Source: an uncultured Pirellulales bacterium (lineage in GTDB: Bacteria; Planctomycetota; Phycisphaerae; Sedimentisphaerales; Anaerobacaceae). Taken from it: a stretch of 33,269 bases of DNA. The position numbers were made by a program, and so were the translations under genes. Below the pieces are notes generated by a model. That model saw only the letters and a list, made by a program, of their open reading frames with translations. It was not told the origin of the DNA and searched no databases. The stretch is from positions 1-33,269 of the forward strand of contig CAYWUO010000002.1 in NCBI GenBank assembly GCA_964461285.1. The letters run 5' to 3'. The stretch's first letter is position 1, and each line of letters starts with the position of its first letter. Positions 25,145 to 33,003 of this stretch are shown here, in pieces.

Positions 25145-27073
25145 TTACTCGTGGCTGAGTTCTTCGCCATAGCGGACAAGTCGAGCACTATTAAAAACAA
25201 CAATCAGCGAGCCGGCAAAATGCAGAACTGCAGCGTAAGCCATTGGCAGCCATGCTGCTGCGGCAGCTGCAATTCCGAGAATGATAAATATGACTCCGAA
25301 ACAAAGGTTCAGATTGATAACCACTCTTGTTTTTCTTGAAAGCCGAACTAAAAATGGCACTCTCTTCAAGTCGTTGCTCATAAGTGCAATCGAGGCGGAA
25401 TTTATAGCTACGTCGCTGCCGGCAGCTCCCATTGCTATACCCATGTCACCCGCCGCCAGAGCCGGTGCGTCATTTATCCCGTCTCCGATAACTACAACAG
25501 TGTGGCCGTCCTCCTTAATTTGTTCGACAATCGAGAGTTTGTCCTGTGGAAGACAATGTGCTTTATAATCCGTGCAACCCAGTTCTGCAGCGACACGCTT
25601 GGCAACTTCATCCCTGTCACCGGTGAGCATTGTCACTCTTTTTATGCCGATATCGTTCAGTTCTTTAACGGCTTCTTGGGCCTCGGGCCTGGTTTTATCC
25701 TGCAGACCTATCCAGCCGATACATTTTGAATCCTTCGCTACATATAGAGTGCTGAAGCCCTGCTCCTCGTGCATACTCGGGTCGGTGATATTGCTTACGT
25801 CTATATTGTTTTCCTTCAGGAAAGTATCTCTGCCGACGTAAACTGGCGCCGAATCGACTAAAGCTGTTACACCCTTACCTGGAATTTCCTGAAAATTATC
25901 TATCACTGCCAGGAACAGGTTTGCCTCTTTGGCTACTTCCTGCAGCGCCCTTGCTGCAGGGTGTTTACTCATCTGCTCAGCCGAAGCAGCTGCGGTTAGT
26001 AGTTCTGCCGGTTCAACGCCTTCTGCAGGGGTCAGCTTGGTCACATACAATCGGCCGGTTGTAACCGTGCCGGTTTTATCAAATACCAGCGCAGTCATCC
26101 TGCCCGCAATCTCGAGGTCGGCAACGTTTTTTATCAAAATGCCAAGTCTTGCCGAAGCCGATATCGCTGCCACCATCGCCGTTGGCGTAGCTAAAATCAA
26201 GGCGCAGGGGCAGGAGATGACAAGGATTGTAATCGCTCTGTTAATATCGCCGGTGAAGAACAGGACTATGCCCGCAATCATTAAAATTGTCGGGGTATAC
26301 CATTTAACATAGCGGTCGATTATTCGCATAATCGGTATCTTCGTCTGCTCTGCCTGCATAATCAATGATTGCACCTTGCCGAGAGTTGTATCTTTCCCCG
26401 CTTTTGTTACGGTGATATCCAGAACGCCGGTTAGATTATTTGTGCCTGCGAAGACCTGCATACCCGGAACTTTATCTGCGGGCAGAGATTCGCCTGTTAT
26501 TGTTGCTTCATTGACGGCGCTAAGTCCTTTTACAACCTCGCCGTCTGCCGGTATGTTATCACCGGGACGGACACGAATATTGTCACCGGGCTTTAAGCTG
26601 CTGACGTTGACTTCATATTCTGTGCCGTCGTTATTGATGAGATTTGCCTTGGTGGGTGTGAGTTTTATCAGAGACTCAATTGATACGCGGGCGCCAAGAG
26701 CTGTGCGGGTTTCAATAAGCTCGCTTAAGAGCATAAAAAATGCAACAATTCCCGCGGTGGCGTATTTTCCTGTCGCAAAGGCAGCCAGTATTGCCAGAGC
26801 CACCAGCTCATCCATATGCATTTCTTTTTTAATAATGCTCTTTATTGCATGCAGAACAATAGGGGCGCCAAGCAGTATTGCGCCGACCATTGCTAAAAAC
26901 TCAGACTGGAAACTGCCACTGCCGTAGAGGTACTTCGAGCGAGCTATACCACTGCTGATAAGCAGCACTCCGCCGGTCAGTGTGCCCAACAGAGCTATAC
27001 TTACGCGAATCTGCTTGCTATGGGTATGTTCAGCGCCTATGTCCTGTTTAAAATGTAAATGTTCATGAGCCAT
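25145..27073 (-). CDS. heavy-metal-translocating P-type ATPase (P1B), no HMA domain, His-rich N-terminus
   Basis: Motifs: TGES actuator, CPC in VISCPCALILATP, DKTGT, HP motif SKHPAARAL, TGD, and GDGINDAPAL. N-terminus MAHEHLHFKQDIGAEHTHSK has 5 His in the first 18 residues. Confidence 0.9.
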   Translation of the reverse strand: MAHEHLHFKQDIGAEHTHSKQIRVSIALLGTLTGGVLLISSGIARSKYLYGSGSFQSEFLAMVGAILLGAPIVLHAIKSIIKKEMHMDELVALAILAAFATGKYATAGIVAFFMLLSELIETRTALGARVSIESLIKLTPTKANLINNDGTEYEVNVSSLKPGDNIRVRPGDNIPADGEVVKGLSAVNEATITGESLPADKVPGMQVFAGTNNLTGVLDITVTKAGKDTTLGKVQSLIMQAEQTKIPIMRIIDRYVKWYTPTILMIAGIVLFFTGDINRAITILVISCPCALILATPTAMVAAISASARLGILIKNVADLEIAGRMTALVFDKTGTVTTGRLYVTKLTPAEGVEPAELLTAAASAEQMSKHPAARALQEVAKEANLFLAVIDNFQEIPGKGVTALVDSAPVYVGRDTFLKENNIDVSNITDPSMHEEQGFSTLYVAKDSKCIGWIGLQDKTRPEAQEAVKELNDIGIKRVTMLTGDRDEVAKRVAAELGCTDYKAHCLPQDKLSIVEQIKEDGHTVVVIGDGINDAPALAAGDMGIAMGAAGSDVAINSASIALMSNDLKRVPFLVRLSRKTRVVINLNLCFGVIFIILGIAAAAAAWLPMAYAAVLHFAGSLIVVFNSARLVRYGEELSHE

Positions 27074-27097
27074 AATTTCTTATTTATTGGTAATTGT

Positions 27098-28381
27098 TCA
27101 TTTGTCCTTGTCGGATTTTGGTTTTATAGTTGGGTCTCTGCTTAGCTGCATCCAGATTTCATTGCCTTTGGTGCCTTGTGTTGGCTGGATTATTATTTTC
27201 TCATCTACGTTATTGAGGACTTCTTCAATAGCGTCCTGGTAGATTTCCTGGAGGACGAGCTTCGGTCGTTTACGGTACTCCGGCAGTATCTGCTGCAGGT
27301 ATTCGGCATTGGCTCTGGCGGTTTCCACGACCGTTGTTCGATAGGCGCGTGCATCGGCGATTTTCTCTTGAGCGGTTCCTGCTAATTGTTTCCAGAGCAG
27401 TTCTTTCTCTTGTTCACTGATATTTTCATTCTCAAGGGCCTCAAGAAGCTCTTCGGCGACCGGGCCGCCGGCTTCGTTAATTGTCTTCTGGGCATATGTT
27501 CGGGCTTCATCGATGGACTTTTGACTGTCCTGGCTTGCGCTGATTAGGGCTTCGAAGGCTTTATTAACCTGTCGAGGCCAGGTTATATCCGTAACTTGAA
27601 CAGACTCGATTATGATGCCGCCTTCTATCTTATCGAGCTTTTCCTGCAGCAGTTGTTTGACGTGTTCAGTTACCTTTCCGACTTGTTCGAACATCGCCTC
27701 GTCAATAGTATAGTTGACCATTGCAGTTACAACAGCGTCTTCGAACAGACTTTTTAAAAGCGGTTTTATGCTCTCTTTCATTAGATCGAAGTAAATCTGG
27801 CCGGGTTTTGCGTCTTCTACATATATATTTTTGAAGAAGCGTTCAGGATTCTTGAGTTCAGGGTCTTTGACCTGATAAGTCAGCTGCCATTTACAGTGGA
27901 GAATATTGTAATCACTTCCGGATGAGCCGCCGATTGTTTCAGTTTGTTTTTCGCTTCGGGTAATGCAATAACCATCACGTATGGGGTCCAGAGTCGGTGC
28001 GACACGAGTTTTTTGCAGCGGATTATCATAGTACCAGAATGAGTTAACGACCAGGTTCACCTTTTTTTCCACGGGGATTCTTACAATTTCATCTATTGGA
28101 TACGGAAATACCCAGTGCAAACCGGGCGCGAGAATTCTGTCTTCACGTTCGCCGCGAATCTTGCCGAACCGTAAAACGAGCGCCTGCTCATCGGAACCAA
28201 CCGTCTTAAAACCCGAGACGAGAAAAAGAACTACCAATATAATCATTATTATCTTGAGGATAATAAAGCTAAGCTGTAATGCCCTGGTTAGTGATTGGTC
28301 GGCGGCATCAAATTTTGTGCCGTCAGCCTTATCCGGAGGCGGTGGATTTATTTGGTTGTTTTCTTTGCTCTTTTTTACCAT
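27098..28381 (-). CDS. hflK: SPFH/band-7 protein, HflK-like
   Basis: Pro-rich N-terminus and a single TM segment (ILKIIMIILVVLFLVSGF). Then EQALVLRFGKIRG...APGLHWVFPYPIDE, GGIIIESVQVTDITWPRQV, and a long coiled-coil tail. 427 aa. Confidence 0.75.
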   Translation of the reverse strand: MVKKSKENNQINPPPPDKADGTKFDAADQSLTRALQLSFIILKIIMIILVVLFLVSGFKTVGSDEQALVLRFGKIRGEREDRILAPGLHWVFPYPIDEIVRIPVEKKVNLVVNSFWYYDNPLQKTRVAPTLDPIRDGYCITRSEKQTETIGGSSGSDYNILHCKWQLTYQVKDPELKNPERFFKNIYVEDAKPGQIYFDLMKESIKPLLKSLFEDAVVTAMVNYTIDEAMFEQVGKVTEHVKQLLQEKLDKIEGGIIIESVQVTDITWPRQVNKAFEALISASQDSQKSIDEARTYAQKTINEAGGPVAEELLEALENENISEQEKELLWKQLAGTAQEKIADARAYRTTVVETARANAEYLQQILPEYRKRPKLVLQEIYQDAIEEVLNNVDEKIIIQPTQGTKGNEIWMQLSRDPTIKPKSDKDK

Positions 28382-28395
28382 AGGATATACATAAG

Positions 28396-29295
28396 TTATT
28401 TTTCAGGTGCGGGTTTAAGGTCGGGCATTTCCTCGAGCAATTTAAATGGCGCTGTTTTAGCGCTAAAAACAACAGTTGCTCTTTCCGCTAATATCTTTTT
28501 TAGGGCCTCGATGTCCCTCAGGAACATCGCAAGCTCAGGGTCTGCTTCGAGCAATTTATAGTATTTTGCCGCTTCTGCATCGCCTTTACCTTTTATTGTC
28601 TTTGCCATTGCCTCTGCAGCGGCGAGAAGCTCCGTCTTTTTTGAATCGGCGTCGGTCTTTATCTTGGTCGCCTGTGCCAGTCCCTGGGCAATGGTGGCTT
28701 CGGTCTTGCGGTTTCTTGCTGCTCTCATCCGCTCAAATACTTTTTCGGTGACGTCCTTACTGACTTTAAGCTGCTTGATACCGATGGTCTTTATCTCAAT
28801 GCCATAATCGTTCTTAACGCTTTGCGCGAGGTCGGTTAACATCTCACCTTCGATTTGGTCGAGTTTTATCTTTGTCGGGTCACTGTTAACAAATTCACTG
28901 AAAAGGTGTTGGCCGATTATTTTGTTTTGGGAATCGCTGATGCGGCTGCGCAATTTGCTTTCAGCTTCGATGATGGTTTCAACAGCGTTAAAAAATGCCA
29001 GCGGCTCGGCGATTCTCCAGACGACGTAAGTATTTAAGATAATAGGTACAGCGCCTTTTGTTGTGGTTTCGGTAACTTCAACTTCCAGGACTCTCAGGCG
29101 GCTGTCGAATTTATGAACCCTTTGGATTGGAAAAGGCCACCTGAAACACAGACGTGGTGTGATGATTTCGCGGGTAGGCTTTTCGAAGGTCGTTACAAGG
29201 GCAAACTCGGTCTCTCTTACCTGAAAGCTGAATAGAAGAAACGCTAAAATGCTGATTAACAGTACTATGAAGATTAAAATTACTATATTTTTCAT
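28396..29295 (-). CDS. hflC: SPFH/band-7 protein, HflC-like
   Basis: N-terminal TM segment: IVILIFIVLLISILAFLLF. Then FQVRETEFALVTTFEKP...CFRWPFPIQRV and GIEIKTIGIKQLKV. Its start overlaps the stop of the upstream SPFH gene (ATGA). 299 aa. Confidence 0.75.
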   Translation of the reverse strand: MKNIVILIFIVLLISILAFLLFSFQVRETEFALVTTFEKPTREIITPRLCFRWPFPIQRVHKFDSRLRVLEVEVTETTTKGAVPIILNTYVVWRIAEPLAFFNAVETIIEAESKLRSRISDSQNKIIGQHLFSEFVNSDPTKIKLDQIEGEMLTDLAQSVKNDYGIEIKTIGIKQLKVSKDVTEKVFERMRAARNRKTEATIAQGLAQATKIKTDADSKKTELLAAAEAMAKTIKGKGDAEAAKYYKLLEADPELAMFLRDIEALKKILAERATVVFSAKTAPFKLLEEMPDLKPAPEK

Positions 29296-31346
29296 TTTTC
29301 GCTTGTCTCCTCAAATCCACTGATATCGTATAAACTTGGAGTTAGTTTTTCCTTGGCGTCAAATATGAAAATTTGCGTATCGTTTGGGTCGGCAACTACG
29401 ACGTATTTACGTATTTTTTGCAGGGCCTGCTCAAAAGCTGCTAATCTCTGCTCGCTTTTATATATTTCTTTAGCAGCTTTGTAGGCCTTAAGCTGGCTGT
29501 CGAAACGCTCGCCCGTTGCGCGGGCAAGGGTGGTTTTTTCAAAGGCGTAACTTTGGGCCTCTCGCAACGTGTTGAATATGTCGCCTTTTGCTTCTATAAA
29601 GCCCTTGTCCAGTGCTTCACGGAGCTTCTCGATTTGCTCCGGGTCGTTTTGTTCTTTTGCTTTTTGGTATTGGGCTGCGATGGTATAAAGCCTATCGGCT
29701 TCTTCTACCGAACCTGCCAGCGTGCTTAATGTTTTATTGCGTTCTGCTTGAGCTTGCAGCATTATTGCCTGTTTCTCCTGTACGGCACCGATAACTTTTT
29801 GATAATCTGTCGCTACCTCTACAGGCGGGTGAATTCCCTGTATTCCCAGAAATACAATTTCAACGCCAAGTCCTGCCTCGTCGGCGGCATCCTGAATTCT
29901 TCTTGTTAGAATCTGCTTGGCCTGGGCACGACCTGCCCCAAGCAGGCTGTGTTCGAGTGCATCTTCATCATCAACTTCGATACTGGCACTGGATGCAAAT
30001 TTCGTAAGCTCGCGATAACAAATGGATTCGAGCAGGTTCTCCGGTTTGCTGTGTTTATAGATAAATGAGTGCAGGTCTTTTACTCTGTATTGAACCGGCA
30101 CGGCGGCGATGACAAGACTTACCGGTACAGCCCCGGCGACTGAGCCTGCGCTGGTGTCTTCGCTGGCCACAAGTAAATGATATTCCTCTTTGTAGTGGGC
30201 CTTACCCCATAATAGCGATGGCTCACGTATTACCTCTCCGGTCTTGGGGACATAGCCGATACTGATTTCCAGTACCTTTTTCACGGGGTGTTTATATGCA
30301 ATATCTATCGGCCAGGGCCATTTGAAGGTCAATCCGGGGCCGACAAGCCTGACCTGCCCGGATTTATTCACAGGATTGCCAAAGTGTTCTATTATCGCTT
30401 CTTCGTTAGGGCTTACGACAACGATGCAGCTCATCAGATATAGTGTAACAGCAGCGAATAAAACCAAGGGTGCTATCGCTTTTTCGAGCAGTTTATAAAA
30501 CCAGGTCTGGGAGACTTTAAAGCCGAACTGGTAATCCATTGTCTCTGCGGCGCTGCGTAATATTCCCCCGGGCTCATTAATAATACCCAGAAGTCTGCTG
30601 TCGAAGGCGCTTCTGGCGTACAGGTCTTTCAGCCGTGGCCGATAAATATCCAGAACAGCATTTAAAGCGGTTTCCGCACCAAGGACAACGAGAAGTATAG
30701 GGACGACCCAGGAGATTGCGTCTACTATGCCGAACCAGTTGAAGTGCGAAAACGCAAGGCCTATTGCCATAACAAAACACAATATGGCTACACTGAGCAG
30801 ACTGCTGCCGCCGGCCCTTAATGGACGCCATTGCTGCTGGGACGACATACCCGTAGCATAGCGGGAAATCAGGAAGCTAACAAAAGCTATCCCCGTCATA
30901 CAAATTGCACACAGTAAAGCTTGCTTCGGCTCGGCATCAATGCCGACGGAAATTCTTTTTAATAAATATATCCCTATAGATATCTGGTAAGCGGCGATAA
31001 GGGCTGAGAATATGGGGATGAACCATTTCTCGAATATTTCCAGCCGGCGTTGAGCAATGGCAAATAAAGTGCTGCGTTCATTCTTAGCCTGAAAGATTGT
31101 GGGACCTTGTTCGGCTTTACTTAATTGGCTCATATCGAGCTTTTCCTGCTCAGCCAGGCTGCGCGTATGAAACTGAATAGTGAGGACAAACCAAATCAGA
31201 GCTGCTGAAAGTAGCAGCCAGCTAACGGCATAGACAACAAAGAAATCACTCCATCGGCCGATAAAAAAACAGATGCAGAAAAAGACTACGCTCAAAATCA
31301 AAGACCTCAAGGCTGTGTTTTTAGGGCGTTTGGATGATACTGTCAT
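29292..31346 (-). CDS. polytopic membrane protein fused to an SPFH/band-7 domain and coiled-coil tail (684 aa)
   Basis: Seven hydrophobic segments in the first ~310 aa. These are followed by NEEAIIEHFGNP...GPGLTFKWPWPID, GVEIVFLGIQGIHPPVEV and AVQEKQAIMLQAQAE. Confidence 0.75.
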   Translation of the reverse strand: MTVSSKRPKNTALRSLILSVVFFCICFFIGRWSDFFVVYAVSWLLLSAALIWFVLTIQFHTRSLAEQEKLDMSQLSKAEQGPTIFQAKNERSTLFAIAQRRLEIFEKWFIPIFSALIAAYQISIGIYLLKRISVGIDAEPKQALLCAICMTGIAFVSFLISRYATGMSSQQQWRPLRAGGSSLLSVAILCFVMAIGLAFSHFNWFGIVDAISWVVPILLVVLGAETALNAVLDIYRPRLKDLYARSAFDSRLLGIINEPGGILRSAAETMDYQFGFKVSQTWFYKLLEKAIAPLVLFAAVTLYLMSCIVVVSPNEEAIIEHFGNPVNKSGQVRLVGPGLTFKWPWPIDIAYKHPVKKVLEISIGYVPKTGEVIREPSLLWGKAHYKEEYHLLVASEDTSAGSVAGAVPVSLVIAAVPVQYRVKDLHSFIYKHSKPENLLESICYRELTKFASSASIEVDDEDALEHSLLGAGRAQAKQILTRRIQDAADEAGLGVEIVFLGIQGIHPPVEVATDYQKVIGAVQEKQAIMLQAQAERNKTLSTLAGSVEEADRLYTIAAQYQKAKEQNDPEQIEKLREALDKGFIEAKGDIFNTLREAQSYAFEKTTLARATGERFDSQLKAYKAAKEIYKSEQRLAAFEQALQKIRKYVVVADPNDTQIFIFDAKEKLTPSLYDISGFEETSEK

Positions 31347-31555
31347 TTTCTATCTCTGTTTTGTGTTTTGAACAAAAGGCCTCAAATACAGTATTTAATC
31401 ATATATGTTTTATGCTATTTACAAGTTATTGGTTGTGAAGTATAACAATAAATGCCAATTTAGTATAGGGACAATTGGGAAAATTAACTTCTGAAATAGC
31501 TCTGGTGTACCGGTAAGGTCCGGGTTCAAATAGCTGCAAAAGCCGACGAAAAGTA

Positions 31556-32518
31556 ATGGGTAAACTATTTACAATAGCAAAAAATACTTTCATAGAGACA
31601 CTTAGACAACCCATCTACGCCGTAATTATTATCATTGCTTTATTTTTATTCTTCATAAGCCCGTCTTTGGCAATGTACACAATGGACGATGACAATAAAC
31701 TCTTACGCGAGTTAGGGTTATCTACGTTATTTTTGACCAGCTTGTTCATTGCAATATTTTCCGCTTCTGGTGCCGTTGCCGAGGAAATTGAAAATAAGAC
31801 CATAACTACCGTTCTGAGCAAGCCGGTTCAACGTCCTATATTCATTATTGCGAAATTTTTAGGTGTGGCCGCTGCGGTTGTTCTGGCCCATTATATTTGC
31901 ACTATTGCCCTGATTATGGCGATTCGGCACGGCGTCCTTGAATCGGTAAATGACACCCATGACTGGACGGTGGTTGCTGCAGCGGCAGTTATAGTTTTTG
32001 GAACACTTTTGTTAAGTGCTTTTTTCAACTATGTTTATGACTGGAAGGTTTCGTCAACGGCTATTGTGTTAACAGCCGTATTTGCTACATTTGGTATAGT
32101 GTTTTTATTTTTTATTGACCAGCAGTGGCAGTTCAATCCAAAGGGTAACTGTATAAACACGCTGGATGTCTATGGCTCGATATTGCTGTTGTTGGCTGCG
32201 ATGATTATTGTGGCTATGGCCGTGGCGATTTCGGCTAGGTTTAACATAGTAGTAACGCTCTCGGCCTGCATCGGTATTTTTTTGCTTGGCCTTATAAGCG
32301 ATTATGCTTTCGGTAGATTTGCAGAGACTCAATTGTGGGCAAAAATTGGCAGGTTTATAGTGCCTAATTTGCAGATTTTCTGGATAAGCGATGCTATTTA
32401 CGAGGGCAGCGAGGTCCCCCTCAAGTATATACTGATAACCGCTTCTTACGCCTTGTGCTATACAGCGGGTATTCTTGCCTTGGCCATTGCCATCTTCCAG
32501 CGACGACAGGTAGGATAA
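31556..32518 (+). CDS. ABC-2 family permease (NosY-like), orphan: no adjacent ATPase on the same strand
   Basis: Family motif EEIENKTITTVLSKPVQRPIFIIAKFLG, the same motif class as the 22423..23793 product. About 6-7 hydrophobic segments. 320 aa. Confidence 0.7.
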   Translation: MGKLFTIAKNTFIETLRQPIYAVIIIIALFLFFISPSLAMYTMDDDNKLLRELGLSTLFLTSLFIAIFSASGAVAEEIENKTITTVLSKPVQRPIFIIAKFLGVAAAVVLAHYICTIALIMAIRHGVLESVNDTHDWTVVAAAAVIVFGTLLLSAFFNYVYDWKVSSTAIVLTAVFATFGIVFLFFIDQQWQFNPKGNCINTLDVYGSILLLLAAMIIVAMAVAISARFNIVVTLSACIGIFLLGLISDYAFGRFAETQLWAKIGRFIVPNLQIFWISDAIYEGSEVPLKYILITASYALCYTAGILALAIAIFQRRQVG

Positions 32519-32535
32519 TTCGTCTTGCGTATCTC

Positions 32536-32690
32536 GTATATTGTATATTGTCCCGGATTCCCCGGATTTACACTGATTGTCATTCCTGCGAAACCTGTCC
32601 TGTTTGTCCTGAGCTTGCCGAAGGGAGCATTGTCGAAGGAGCAGGAATCTATGTATCCAGTATATAGCATCGAGCATCGAGAATCTAGTA
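32536..32690. repeat. structured extragenic element made of several short tandem or near-tandem duplications and an 8-bp inverted repeat
   Basis: Read directly. Duplications: gtatatt x2 (32536-32549), cccggatt x2 (32552-32568), tgtcctg x2 (32596-32611), cgaagg x2 (32619-32639), catcgag x2 (32668-32681). Inverted repeat: attcctgc (32582-32589) / gcaggaat (32641-32648). Confidence 0.3.
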
Positions 32691-33003
32691 TACGACTTAA
32701 TAATCGAGCAGTTACTACTTTATAGATTCTATAAATTTCAGCCAAGTATCCTCATCTACGGCCTTGCGTATCTCAGAGTCGAGCCATAGCTCATAGAGCC
32801 ACTTTAGTATCATTTCAATCTCTGTTAGCCGCTCCTCTAAATCCCTAATCAGCGGGTCACAGAAACAACGAAATTAACATGGCGTGAGATCCTTGTCCCC
32901 TTTACACTCTCCTCCTAAATAGTGCTGTAAACGAGTGTGAAATTTTTGAACTCGTCAGGGCAAAGCACGCCATAGCCTGATGTGATGAGACTATTTGCTG
33001 CGG

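Noticed and set aside
26376-26927. 183-aa plus-strand ORF (and several others between 25281 and 26312) antisense to the P-type ATPase gene
   Set aside because: The ATPase frame carries every canonical P-type motif. The antisense products are Ser/Pro/Ala-rich with no features.
32105-32745. Minus-strand ORFs of 190 aa and 95 aa, and plus-strand ORFs of 66-70 aa, across the end of the permease gene and the repeat element
   Set aside because: They overlap a well-supported permease CDS or run through the repeat-rich element. Their sequences are the typical translation artefacts of that element (AGMT, LRQAQDK, VIPAKP). No ribosome-binding sites.
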